NCBI GenBank assembly: GCA_018716875.1
Contig: DVJJ01000078.1
Location: forward strand, 1,275-65,274
Direction of reading: 5' to 3'
Source: Candidatus Avoscillospira avistercoris
GTDB lineage: Bacteria > Bacillota > Clostridia > Oscillospirales > Oscillospiraceae
Length of the DNA: 64,000 nucleotides
Made by a program: the position numbers and the translations under genes. The notes below the pieces were generated by a model. The model worked only from the letters and a program-made list of their open reading frames with translations, had not been told where the DNA came from and made no database searches. Of this stretch, positions 17,912 to 27,449 are shown in pieces (the stretch's first letter is position 1; every line of letters starts with the position of its first letter).

Positions 17912-18583
17912 TGCAGATGGTATGCGGTGTTTTCGACGGGTGCGGAGATCCAGCGCCACCAGCGCGCCGCACCACAGCAGCAGCACCCCCAGAATCAACA
18001 GGGCGCAGTTGCGGAAAAAGGACTGCGGCAGCAGCAGAATGATGGGATCGGTCCGCCAGTCGAAGACCCAGTTGGTCTTACCGGGGAAAAACACCGTATG
18101 AAACAGGACAAAGGCCCGGTCAAAATCGAGAGCCGCCAGAGCGCCGATGATCAAAAACACAGCGCCCAGCCCCACAGCGGCCCAGAATCCCGGCCCGTGA
18201 CCCAGCAGACGCGCCGGGACCCGACGGGTCCGGCGGCCCAGAAACCACAGCAGCAGCCATGCTGCCAGGGAACCGGTCAGAATTGCCAAATCCAGCCGGA
18301 AAAGCACGCCCACATCGGCAAAATGATCCCGCCCCGATTCCGAAAAGGGCAGAACACCGGCGGAGAACACCTCCGTCCGGCCGATGCAGAAGTCCATCAT
18401 TTCATTGTAGGCCTGCCGAATCTGGTCCGCCGACAAGCCCGTCTGCTCCACCAGTCCCAGGGGACCAATGTGCAGGTAGTAGAAAAACCGGCAGAGGATG
18501 GGGACGGCAATGGAACCACTGAGGACCAGCAGTGCCGTGACCACGGCCCGCAGCACCGTCAGCAGGCGGCTGGGGCGGGTCAA
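17909..18583 (-). CDS. TIGR01906/DUF1461 integral membrane protein
   Basis: GRDHFADV..LF, FD..FVLFHTVFF...NWVFD..TDPII.LLP..FF; TTG start overlaps the yfcE stop. Confidence 0.85.
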   Translation of the reverse strand: MTRPSRLLTVLRAVVTALLVLSGSIAVPILCRFFYYLHIGPLGLVEQTGLSADQIRQAYNEMMDFCIGRTEVFSAGVLPFSESGRDHFADVGVLFRLDLAILTGSLAAWLLLWFLGRRTRRVPARLLGHGPGFWAAVGLGAVFLIIGALAALDFDRAFVLFHTVFFPGKTNWVFDWRTDPIILLLPQSFFRNCALLILGVLLLWCGALVALDLRTRRKHRIPSA

Positions 18584-19122
18584 ATTTTCGTCTCCATGAC
18601 CGTGTCGCCGTCCAGCTCTTTCCAGACGGCCCGGTCGCCCTCCAGCAGCATATACCCCCGGTGGGAGTTCTCCTTGGGAATGGACACGGAGCCGGGATTC
18701 CAATAGGTGAATCCATCGTGGGCCTTGCACCGGGGCACATGGGTGTGACCGCAGAGCAGAATGTCCTTGGGCTGCAATTTGGGCGGGTTGTTCTCACCGA
18801 AAAGGTGGCCGTGGGTGGCATAGATCAGACGGCCATTCCAGGTCAGCACGGCGTAGTCGGCCAGAATGGGGAAGTCCAGCACCATCTGGTCCACCTCGCA
18901 GTCGCAGTTGCCCCGGACGCACAAAAGCCGGTCAGCCAGCGGATTCAGCATGGCAATGACGGCTTTGGGATCGTAGGCCTTGGGCAGATCGTTGCGGGGG
19001 CCGTGGTAGAGAATATCCCCCAGCAGCAGCAGCCGGTCCGGCTGCTCCCGCTCGTAGGCATCCAGCAGCTTGCGGCACCAATGGGCCGAGCCGTGGAGAT
19101 CGGAGGCAATCATCAGTTTCAT
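18580..19122 (-). CDS. yfcE: YfcE-family phosphodiesterase
   Basis: SDLHG, LGDILYHGPRN, RGNCD, THGH, GHTH, NPGS. Confidence 0.93.
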   Translation of the reverse strand: MKLMIASDLHGSAHWCRKLLDAYEREQPDRLLLLGDILYHGPRNDLPKAYDPKAVIAMLNPLADRLLCVRGNCDCEVDQMVLDFPILADYAVLTWNGRLIYATHGHLFGENNPPKLQPKDILLCGHTHVPRCKAHDGFTYWNPGSVSIPKENSHRGYMLLEGDRAVWKELDGDTVMETKI

Positions 19123-19138
19123 GGAAGAACACTCCTTT

Positions 19139-20281
19139 TTATGGATTCAAAATCCGGGCGGCCAGGGGCCGGTGCTGTATCATGGCCCCCTTGGGGCAGA
19201 ACTCCTGACAGCAGAAGCAGCGGATACAGGCCCGGCGGTCGATGACCGGCAGTTTATTTTTCATCGTAATGGCCTTGGCCGGGCAGACGTGGGCGCATTC
19301 GCCGCAGCCGACGCAGACCGACGGCTTCACCGTGGGCCGGGGGCAGACGGCAGCCTGGATGACGGCGCCGCCCACACGGCCCAAAAGACCGCCGCGACCC
19401 CGGAACAGCAAGCTGCTCTGGCCCTGAATGCGCTGGTAATCGGGCACGATAAAGTCCCGCCAGCCGTCGGAGACGGTGAGTTCCTCCACCGTGGCCGGAA
19501 TCATCTGCCGCTCGTAAGCGGCCTCCAACGTGGGCACGTCGCTGCGGCCCAGTCCCACCAAAGCGGCACAGACCAGGTCGAGATGGTGGGGGCTGGCCGA
19601 GGCGGCCAGACAGCCCACGGGCCGGGGCGTACCGGACGTGGGGCCGTTGCCCTCCATGCCCACAATGGCATCGCAGATGTGGAGCACCGGTTTGACATAT
19701 TCATCCAGATCAATGATCATCCGGGCGAAGTCCGCCGGGTTGGAAAACTGGAAATGGAATTCCGGCTTGCGGGTGCCGGGGATGACGCCGAAAAGGTTTT
19801 TCGCACCGCAGGACAGGGCCATCATACCGTGGGTTTTCAGCTTGCACACGTTGATGATGGCGTCCACGGAATCCAGCCATGCCGTATAGGGAAAGCGGCG
19901 GCAGATTCGGCCCTCGGGGTATTCCACGTCCCGTTGGGAGAAATCCTGGTTGAGCTTGGCCCCGTGCTGTTCCGTCTCATGGAGTCCGGCGGCGCTGTAG
20001 ACCCGGCCCACAAAGGCGGCATTGTAAAGTCCGCCGGGGCTGTCACCGATGATGACTTCCGCGCCGCGTTCGGTCAGCAGCTCCGAAAGGGCGCTGAGCA
20101 CCACCGGATGGGTGGTGCCGGCGGCGTCGGGTTTGAGAAATGTAATCAGATTGGCCTTGAGTCCCACACGCATACCGGGGCGTACCCAGTCCAGGCCCCC
20201 CAGGGGGGACAGCAATTGCTCCAACGCCTGGCGGCACTGGGACAGATCGTATGTAGAACAGGGAACAACAGACACATCCAT
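19139..20281 (-). CDS. DUF362 domain 4Fe-4S protein
   Basis: TTHP.V, IGDSPG, KLKTH, GMEGNGP..G; C-terminal CxxCxxCxxxCP twice. Confidence 0.88.
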   Translation of the reverse strand: MDVSVVPCSTYDLSQCRQALEQLLSPLGGLDWVRPGMRVGLKANLITFLKPDAAGTTHPVVLSALSELLTERGAEVIIGDSPGGLYNAAFVGRVYSAAGLHETEQHGAKLNQDFSQRDVEYPEGRICRRFPYTAWLDSVDAIINVCKLKTHGMMALSCGAKNLFGVIPGTRKPEFHFQFSNPADFARMIIDLDEYVKPVLHICDAIVGMEGNGPTSGTPRPVGCLAASASPHHLDLVCAALVGLGRSDVPTLEAAYERQMIPATVEELTVSDGWRDFIVPDYQRIQGQSSLLFRGRGGLLGRVGGAVIQAAVCPRPTVKPSVCVGCGECAHVCPAKAITMKNKLPVIDRRACIRCFCCQEFCPKGAMIQHRPLAARILNP

Positions 20282-20500
20282 GGCCAAAACTCCTAGTGAA
20301 ATTATTCCAATTCGTTTTCAGTATACCACAGTCCAACCGTGTCTGTAAAGATAGTACAGTAGATTTACGCAGTAGAATTTCGACGAATTTCCCGATTTTT
20401 CAAAAAATCTCGTTTACACAGCCGCAATTTCGTATTAAAATAGTAGACCCGGACGGCTGCCCATGGGCGCGGTCCAGGTAAAAACAGGAAAGGAAGTGGC

Positions 20501-21901
20501 GTGATGTCCCCTTACGATTCCGACGATCTGGACGAGATTTTGTCGGATGTCCGGCGGCTGCTGGGCGAGGACGGGGCCGACGGCGGAGACGTGCCTCCGG
20601 AAGAGCCTGCCGCACCCAGCCACAAAGCCGTCTCCGACGAGACGCAGCAATATACTCCCATCCATATGCCGCAGCATTCCAAACCGGTGCCGCCCTGGGA
20701 GCAGCCCGATTTTGCCGGTGAATATTTTGGCCCCGAGAACCGGGCCCAGGTGGTCCGCAGCGCTTCGGCCCGGGCGGCCCGGCCTGTGGAGACGCCCACC
20801 GGCGGACGCAATCCCCAGCCAAAGCCCTCGGCGGCCCCGCCCCAGTCCCGCAGCGACGCCCAACGGGCGGTCCGCCGTGCCCAGGGTCCCATGTCCGCCC
20901 GGCAGATGTTCGAGGACGAGGACGACGACGAGGATGAGGAGGACGACGAGGTGTACGAGCGCCCCAGAAAGAAACGCAAAGGCCGTTGGATCAAGCGCAT
21001 TTTCATTCTGCTGCTGATTCTTCTGGTGCTGGCGGCGCTGGTGGCCCTGGTGTCCAAGATCATCGCCACCCAGCCCGTCTACGACGGCGCGGACAGTCTG
21101 GGCGCCCGCAAGGCCGGTTCCTCCACCATTCTGCTCATCGGTACCGACGAGGGCGGCACCCGCACCGACACCCTGATGCTGATGAATGTCAATACCAGTG
21201 ACAAACAGGTGTCGCTGGTCAGTATTCCCAGAGATACCCGGGTCAACGGCTCCTATTCGGTGCCCAAAATCAACGGCGTCTACGGCATCAACGGCGGCGG
21301 CGAGGAGGGCATGGAAATGCTCCAGCAGCGGGTGAAGGAGTCCATTGGATTCTGGCCCGACGGCTATATTATGGTCAATCTGGACAGCTTTGTGGACCTG
21401 GTGGATATCATGGGCGGCGTCACCTTCAACGTGCCCCAGGATATGTACTACAACGACCCCAGCCAGGACCTCTACATTGATTTGAAGGCCGGCGAGCAGA
21501 AGCTCAACGGCACCGAGGCCATGGGTCTGGTGCGGTTCCGCTCCGGCTATGCCACGGCGGATTTGGGCCGTGTGGATGTGCAGCGGGACTTTGTCTCGGC
21601 GGCGGCCAAACAGTGGGTCAGTCCCACGCTGGTGTTCAAGACGCCCCAGCTGGTGGCCTGGCTGGGCGGCAATGTGGAGACGGATTTGAGCGTCAAGGAG
21701 CTGTCGTGGCTGGCCTGGTCCATGCTGCGCTGTGATTTGGACAATATCCAGACGGAGACGCTGCCCGGTACGGCCACCACCATTTCCGGCGGCTCCTACT
21801 ATCTGCTGGACCCCTACACGGTGCCCGATACGGTGAACCGCTGCATCAATCCCTATGAGCGGGATATCACTGTGGATGATCTGTACATCCGCGGCTATTG
21901 A
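20501..21901 (+). CDS. LCP (LytR-CpsA-Psr) family glycopolymer transferase
   Basis: Single TM followed by RTDTLML, SIPRDT, VRFRS, DLGR..VQR. Confidence 0.92.
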   Translation: MMSPYDSDDLDEILSDVRRLLGEDGADGGDVPPEEPAAPSHKAVSDETQQYTPIHMPQHSKPVPPWEQPDFAGEYFGPENRAQVVRSASARAARPVETPTGGRNPQPKPSAAPPQSRSDAQRAVRRAQGPMSARQMFEDEDDDEDEEDDEVYERPRKKRKGRWIKRIFILLLILLVLAALVALVSKIIATQPVYDGADSLGARKAGSSTILLIGTDEGGTRTDTLMLMNVNTSDKQVSLVSIPRDTRVNGSYSVPKINGVYGINGGGEEGMEMLQQRVKESIGFWPDGYIMVNLDSFVDLVDIMGGVTFNVPQDMYYNDPSQDLYIDLKAGEQKLNGTEAMGLVRFRSGYATADLGRVDVQRDFVSAAAKQWVSPTLVFKTPQLVAWLGGNVETDLSVKELSWLAWSMLRCDLDNIQTETLPGTATTISGGSYYLLDPYTVPDTVNRCINPYERDITVDDLYIRGY

Positions 21902-21909
21902 GGTATAAA

Positions 21910-22485
21910 ATGGACGAATTTTACATTGATCAAACGCTGTATCACGGGCGGCCAGCTTCGGCGGCCAACCGTTTGCCTAAGGAGATGGCCTGTTACGACC
22001 TGCTGGACCGGCTGGAAATCCCGTATGCCCGTGCCGACCACAGCCACGCCGACACCATCGCCCAGTGTGAGGCCGTGGAGCAGATTTTGGGGGAGAAGAT
22101 CTGTAAAAACCTGTTTCTCTGTAACCGGCAGAGGACCAACTTCTATCTGCTGATGCTGGACGGGGAAAAGGTGTTCAAGACCAAGGACCTGTCCAAGCAG
22201 CTGGGCGTGGCCCGGCTCAGCTTTGCCGGTGCCGAGGAGATGGAGCGGTATCTGAATCTGACACCCGGTTCCGTCACGGTGCTGGGACTGATGCACGACA
22301 CGGAAAACCAGGTGCAGCTGGTTATTGACAAATCCGTTGCCGACGCGAAAAATGTCAGCTGTCACCCCTGCATCAACACGTCCACCATCTGGTTTACCAT
22401 GGACGATTTGCTTCATAAGGTGCTGCCGGAGCTGCACCACGAGCCGATTTTTGTGGATTTGCCGGTGGAGGAGCCGGAAGCATGA
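21910..22485 (+). CDS. YbaK/ProXp-ala prolyl-tRNA editing domain protein
   Basis: CKNLFL, RLSFA, LTPGSVTVLGL, CHPCINT. Confidence 0.9.
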   Translation: MDEFYIDQTLYHGRPASAANRLPKEMACYDLLDRLEIPYARADHSHADTIAQCEAVEQILGEKICKNLFLCNRQRTNFYLLMLDGEKVFKTKDLSKQLGVARLSFAGAEEMERYLNLTPGSVTVLGLMHDTENQVQLVIDKSVADAKNVSCHPCINTSTIWFTMDDLLHKVLPELHHEPIFVDLPVEEPEA

Positions 22486-23474
22486 GCGTCTATGTGCTGC
22501 CGTCGTTTACACCGGCCCAGCGGGAACGGCTGCGGGCTGCCGCCGGGTCCGTGCCGGTGCTCTTTGCGGAGGACTGCGACGAGGAGCAGCGGCGGACGGC
22601 CTTTAGGGCCGCAACAGCCATCGTTGGGGAGCCGAAGCCGGAGACGTTGGCGGACGCGCCCAATCTCCGGTGGATTCAGATGACCTGGGCCGGGGCAGAC
22701 CTCTATACCAAGGCCCCGTGGTTTCCGGACAACGTTCTGGTCAGCTGCGCCACCGGCGCATTCGGCGGCGTGATTGCGGAGTATATCCTCGGCGCGGTGC
22801 TGCTGCGGCTTCGCCACCTGGACGCCTATGTGCGCCAGCAGGAGCGGGGCGTGTGGCGGCCCCAGCTGTCAGGAAAGGGCATCGAGGGCGCGACGGTTTT
22901 GATTGTCGGTGCCGGAGATATTGGCACGGAGCTGGCCAAACGGCTGCGGCCCTTTTTGCCCAGAGCCGTGATTGGCGTCCGGCGGACGGCACGAGAAAAG
23001 CCCGATTGCTTTGATGAGATGTATACCATGGAGGCCCTGCCCCGATTGTGGGGAAGGGCCGATGTGGTGGTGTGCGCCCTGCCCAATACGGCGGAGACCA
23101 GGGGACTGCTGAGCCGGGAGGTATTGTGGTCCATGAAAAACACGGCCTTGCTGGTCAATGTGGGGCGGGGAACGCTGTTGGACCCGGATGTGCTCAATGC
23201 GGTGCTGGAGTCGGGCCACCTGGCCGGGGCGGTGCTGGATGTGACCAACCCGGAACCGCTGCCGCCGGAGCATCCGCTGTGGCGGCGGGAGGATGTGCTG
23301 ATTACGCCCCATGTGGCGGGCGCCAGTTTCGGGGATGTGCCGGAGACCACGGAGAAAATCGTGGAGACTGTCTGCCGGAACTTGAAAAAGTTTTTGCATG
23401 GAGAACAGCCGGATAATCTGGTGAATTTCGCCACCGGATACCGCTCTTTAAACACCGCACAAACCCAAAAATAA
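22482..23474 (+). CDS. D-2-hydroxyacid dehydrogenase
   Basis: GAGDIG, LVNVGRG, LDVTNPEPLP, ITPHVAG. Confidence 0.93.
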   Translation: MSVYVLPSFTPAQRERLRAAAGSVPVLFAEDCDEEQRRTAFRAATAIVGEPKPETLADAPNLRWIQMTWAGADLYTKAPWFPDNVLVSCATGAFGGVIAEYILGAVLLRLRHLDAYVRQQERGVWRPQLSGKGIEGATVLIVGAGDIGTELAKRLRPFLPRAVIGVRRTAREKPDCFDEMYTMEALPRLWGRADVVVCALPNTAETRGLLSREVLWSMKNTALLVNVGRGTLLDPDVLNAVLESGHLAGAVLDVTNPEPLPPEHPLWRREDVLITPHVAGASFGDVPETTEKIVETVCRNLKKFLHGEQPDNLVNFATGYRSLNTAQTQK

Positions 23475-23519
23475 AAGGTTTACTCGATTTTTGAGAAATC
23501 GAGTAAACCTTTTATTTTT
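23467..23519. repeat. 24-bp perfect inverted repeat built from the family I terminal motif; bidirectional terminator
   Basis: aaaaataaaaggtttactcgattt-ttgag-aaatcgagtaaaccttttattttt between convergent genes. Confidence 0.8.
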
Positions 23520-23526
23520 TGAGTGC

Positions 23527-24177
23527 TCAGGAGACTTTGGGCATGGTGCGAACACACCGCTCCACAATTTTCTGGCTCCGGGGCAGGAACCACTGGACCA
23601 CAGGGCCAATCAGGAACACTGCCAGCACCGTACCCAATCCCACGGTACCGCCCAAGACGAAGCCCACCACCATAAACACCGCATCACACGTCATCCGGAC
23701 CCACCGGAACTGAAACCGTTTCAATTTATCGGCCAGAATCACCGCTACCAGGTCATTGGGACCCGTACCGGCATCGGACCGAATCACCAGCGACATACCC
23801 GCCGCCAGAATCACGCAGCCCACCACCGACGACGACACCCGCAGCGCCATGGGCAGGGAAGCGTTGATGAAGCCCCCCAACAGCCACGTGAATGCGTCGA
23901 TAATCGGCCCGCCGCAGAATGCGCAGACCACCGTACCCGGCAGCACATAGCCCCTGGTGGTCACCAGCATAATCGCCATCAACGCACAGGTCACAATCAC
24001 ATGGGTCGTGCCGAAGGACAGCCCCACCTGCATGGAAATGCCCTGGACCAGCACCGAAAAGGGGTCCGAACCCAAATCCGACTGCAAAAACAGCGTCACG
24101 CCCAGATGGGCCACCGTCAGACCCAACAGCAGCAGCACCAGCCGGATGGCCCACTCTTTCCAAGCTCGATGTTTCAT
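23527..24177 (-). CDS. YczE/YitT-family membrane protein
   Basis: LGSDPF, G.GPND, LGGTVGLGT duplicated hydrophobic architecture. Confidence 0.85.
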   Translation of the reverse strand: MKHRAWKEWAIRLVLLLLGLTVAHLGVTLFLQSDLGSDPFSVLVQGISMQVGLSFGTTHVIVTCALMAIMLVTTRGYVLPGTVVCAFCGGPIIDAFTWLLGGFINASLPMALRVSSSVVGCVILAAGMSLVIRSDAGTGPNDLVAVILADKLKRFQFRWVRMTCDAVFMVVGFVLGGTVGLGTVLAVFLIGPVVQWFLPRSQKIVERCVRTMPKVS

Positions 24178-25964
24178 CGGTTCCCCTCCTGCCGCTGCGC
24201 TTCAATCTGCTCGGCCAGTTCCGTCAGATAAACCCACCGTTCCGTCTTCTCGTCCAGCTGGGCTTCCAGCTGGCTTTTTTCTTCGCTCAACCGCTCCAAC
24301 GCCAGATAATCCGAGGCGTTTTCCGCAATCTCCCGGTCACAGGCGGCGATTTTTTCTTCCAGCGCCGCAATGTCCGCGTCGATGGTATCATATTCCCGCT
24401 GCTCCTTAAAGGAGAACTTCAATTTCTTGGGCCGGGGCTTCGGCGGCTCCTTTTTCTCCACAGCCTTTTTCTCCGGGGCTTCCGGTTCGGGCCGGGACGC
24501 GGCGTAATCGCTGTAGTTGCCCACATGACGGGTGACAGCGCCGCCTTCGCTTACCTCGAGAATCTCACCGGCCAGCCGGTCCAGAAAATACCGGTCGTGG
24601 GACACGGCCAGCACCGGTCCGGGGAACGTCTCCAGATAGTCCTCCAAAATGGACAGCGTTGTAATATCCAGGTCGTTGGTGGGCTCGTCCAGCAGCAGCA
24701 CATTGGGGGCCTGCATCAGAATGCTCAGCAGATACAGCCGCCGCCGTTCGCCGCCGGACAGTTTGCCGATTTGCCGGTACTGGACCTCCGGCGGGAACAG
24801 GAACCGCTCCAACATCTGCGACGCCGACAGAGTGCCCTCCGATGTGGTCACCTGACTGCCGATTTCGGAAATGCAGTCGAACACCCGCTGGTTGGGGTCC
24901 AGGTCCCGGCCCTCCTGGGTGAAGTAGCCGATTTTTACCGTCTGACCGATTTCCACCGTGCCGCTGTCCGGGGCCAGACGGCCCGCAATCATGTTCAGCA
25001 GCGTGGACTTGCCCGCGCCGTTGTGGCCCACAATGCCCAGCCGGTCTTCCCGGCTGATGGACAGGGAGAAATCCGCAATAGCCACCTTACCATCGTAGGA
25101 TTTGGAAACGTGGTCCAATGCAATAATCTGCTTACCCAACCGGCTGGCCTGGGCCGCCACCTGCACCGTACCGTCGGCGGCCTCCTGGGTCTGGTTGACC
25201 AAGGCGTGATACCGCTCCACCCGGTCCTTGCTCTTGGTGGTCCGGGCCCGGCAGCCCCGCATAATCCACTCCCGTTCCCGCCGCAGCAGCGCTTGACGCT
25301 TCCGCTCCGACGCCTCCTGCATCTGGGCTTCCTGGTCCTTTAACTCAAGATATTTGGAATAGTTGGCCTCATAGAATCGTAATTTTGCATGGGACAACTC
25401 GGCAATCTCCGTGACAACCCGTTCCAGAAAATACCGGTCGTGGGTGACCATAATCAGACCGCCCCGGAATTTTTTCAGCCGTTCCTCCAGCCACGCCACC
25501 ATGTCGGCGTCCAGATGGTTTGTCGGCTCGTCGAGAATCAGCACATCCGCCGGGTGAATCAGCGCCGCCGCCAACGCCACCCGCTTTTTCTGTCCGCCGG
25601 ACAGGGTGCCCACCTTCTGCTCAAAATCGGTGATGCCCAGCCGGGTCAGCATGGAGCGGGCTTCGTACTCGGCCAGCTCCCGGAATTCGGCGGGCCAGGC
25701 GGCAAACACCTGCTCCATCACCGTATGCTCCGGCTCCATATGGGGGTCCTGGGACAGATAGGACACCTGAATGTTGGGGTCCAGCGTCACCGTGCCGCTG
25801 TCCGGCTCAGCGGCCCCGGCCATAACCCGCAGCAGCGATGATTTGCCGGTGCCGTTGATGCCGATGATGCCGATGCGGTCCCCGGCATTGAGGTGAATGG
25901 TCACATCGGTGAAAAGTTGACGGGTGCCGTAGTTCATGGACACCTGTTCTGCGCGTAACAACAT
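24174..25964 (-). CDS. ABC-F family ATPase (Uup/YfmR-like)
   Basis: Two NBDs (GINGTGKS/LSGGQ; GHNGAGKS/LSGGE), no TM, C-terminal KLKFSFKEQRE coiled coil. Confidence 0.92.
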   Translation of the reverse strand: MLLRAEQVSMNYGTRQLFTDVTIHLNAGDRIGIIGINGTGKSSLLRVMAGAAEPDSGTVTLDPNIQVSYLSQDPHMEPEHTVMEQVFAAWPAEFRELAEYEARSMLTRLGITDFEQKVGTLSGGQKKRVALAAALIHPADVLILDEPTNHLDADMVAWLEERLKKFRGGLIMVTHDRYFLERVVTEIAELSHAKLRFYEANYSKYLELKDQEAQMQEASERKRQALLRREREWIMRGCRARTTKSKDRVERYHALVNQTQEAADGTVQVAAQASRLGKQIIALDHVSKSYDGKVAIADFSLSISREDRLGIVGHNGAGKSTLLNMIAGRLAPDSGTVEIGQTVKIGYFTQEGRDLDPNQRVFDCISEIGSQVTTSEGTLSASQMLERFLFPPEVQYRQIGKLSGGERRRLYLLSILMQAPNVLLLDEPTNDLDITTLSILEDYLETFPGPVLAVSHDRYFLDRLAGEILEVSEGGAVTRHVGNYSDYAASRPEPEAPEKKAVEKKEPPKPRPKKLKFSFKEQREYDTIDADIAALEEKIAACDREIAENASDYLALERLSEEKSQLEAQLDEKTERWVYLTELAEQIEAQRQEGNR

Positions 25965-26111
25965 GATGGAACTTCTCCGTTTCTGGTGATTTTCTCCATT
26001 GTATCACAGGACAGGCCCGTTGACCACGGGAACTTTTGCCGGTATACTGGTGGGGATACGTCCGGCAAATTCCTATGAATTGCCCGACGATGGAGGGAGG
26101 ACGTTCCAACC

Positions 26112-27380
26112 ATGTATCCATCTGCAAAACCCAGACGCGCCGCGGTCCGGCTGACGGCTGCGGCCCTGTCCCTGCTGCTTCTGCTGTTTCTGAGCGGCTG
26201 CAGCCTGTTTTCCGGCGAAAAGAGCACAGAATGGCTGGTCAAGGGGCAGTATAAACCCCTGTATCCCGCCCAGTATACCACCGACAAGCTTATGGGCTGC
26301 CTGCGGGATGGGGACTTGGAGCAGCTGTATCAGGTGTTTTCCCCGGCGGCCAAAAATCAGCAGCGGGATTTTCAGGAACGTCTGGAGGAGCTGGAGGACT
26401 TTTTCCAGGCGGAGGTGCTCTCCTGGGAGCACGGATTGGGCGGCAATCTGTCCGACGGATATATCAGCGATGGACAGGTTCGGCGCTCCCGCGATTGGAC
26501 CATTGAACTGGAAACCAGGGACGGGGCGTATGAATGCGCCGCCATCGATGTGATAGACGACGATTTTATTCCAGGCAATGTGGGATTTTACAGTCTCACT
26601 GTCTTTCCCGAGGACTTGGGGCTGCTGTGCGGCAATGGCACGTTTTACAACGGGGCAGTCGGCAGCGGGGAGGAGCGGGCCGGTATTTTTCTCTCCTATC
26701 GGGAGGAAACCCCTGATGACGCGGACATGGAGCGGTTGATGGAACTGGCGGCAGCTGGGGACAGCGACGGCATGTTTCAGCTGTTTTCCCCCTATGCCCA
26801 GGAGCATGCAGAGGACCTGCCGGGGCAAATTGAAACGCTGATGACCGTTCTGGACCGGCCGATTCTCTCCCAAGCGCTGTACGGCTGTGTGACGGAGCGG
26901 GACTATCTTCCCGGCAGGACGGAACCGGTGGTCAAACGCCATACCATGTATGTGCTGGAAACGGACGGAAAAACGTATGTGCTCCATCTGCGCGATCTGC
27001 TGGACCCGGAAAGCCGGGAGAGCCAGGGGCTTTACAGTGTGACGTTCCATGCAGAGGAACACAGCATCGACTATAAAAACCTGGGCTGGCAGACGCCGGG
27101 CGTTTTTGTCCGGCAGCTCACCGTGGACGCAGAGTTGGAGGGCATCGAAAACGGCTTTGCCACCGTGACGCTCACCACCAGTGTGGAGGCGGAGGTGACC
27201 TGCGACCGCGACACCGTCACGCCGAAGCAGTTGGACGCCCTCACCTGGGAAGTCACCATTCCCATGGAGTGGGAATACTACACCTTTACGGCCGCGACGG
27301 AGACGGAATCGGTGGAACAGCCGGTCACCGTGAACTCCGACGGAAACGTGCTTTTGTACAGCAAATACGAACTCGATTGA
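26112..27380 (+). CDS. Lipoprotein with two tandem DUF5104-like domains
   Basis: Lipobox LSGC; internal duplication GDLEQLYQVFS / GDSDGMFQLFS and GFYSLTV / GLYSVTF. Confidence 0.65.
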   Translation: MYPSAKPRRAAVRLTAAALSLLLLLFLSGCSLFSGEKSTEWLVKGQYKPLYPAQYTTDKLMGCLRDGDLEQLYQVFSPAAKNQQRDFQERLEELEDFFQAEVLSWEHGLGGNLSDGYISDGQVRRSRDWTIELETRDGAYECAAIDVIDDDFIPGNVGFYSLTVFPEDLGLLCGNGTFYNGAVGSGEERAGIFLSYREETPDDADMERLMELAAAGDSDGMFQLFSPYAQEHAEDLPGQIETLMTVLDRPILSQALYGCVTERDYLPGRTEPVVKRHTMYVLETDGKTYVLHLRDLLDPESRESQGLYSVTFHAEEHSIDYKNLGWQTPGVFVRQLTVDAELEGIENGFATVTLTTSVEAEVTCDRDTVTPKQLDALTWEVTIPMEWEYYTFTAATETESVEQPVTVNSDGNVLLYSKYELD

Positions 27381-27449
27381 GTGCACGCGCTACCGCGCAG
27401 TCTGTGATACAGACGCGGAAAGGGCTTGCACAGGATTTGGAAAGGCGGA

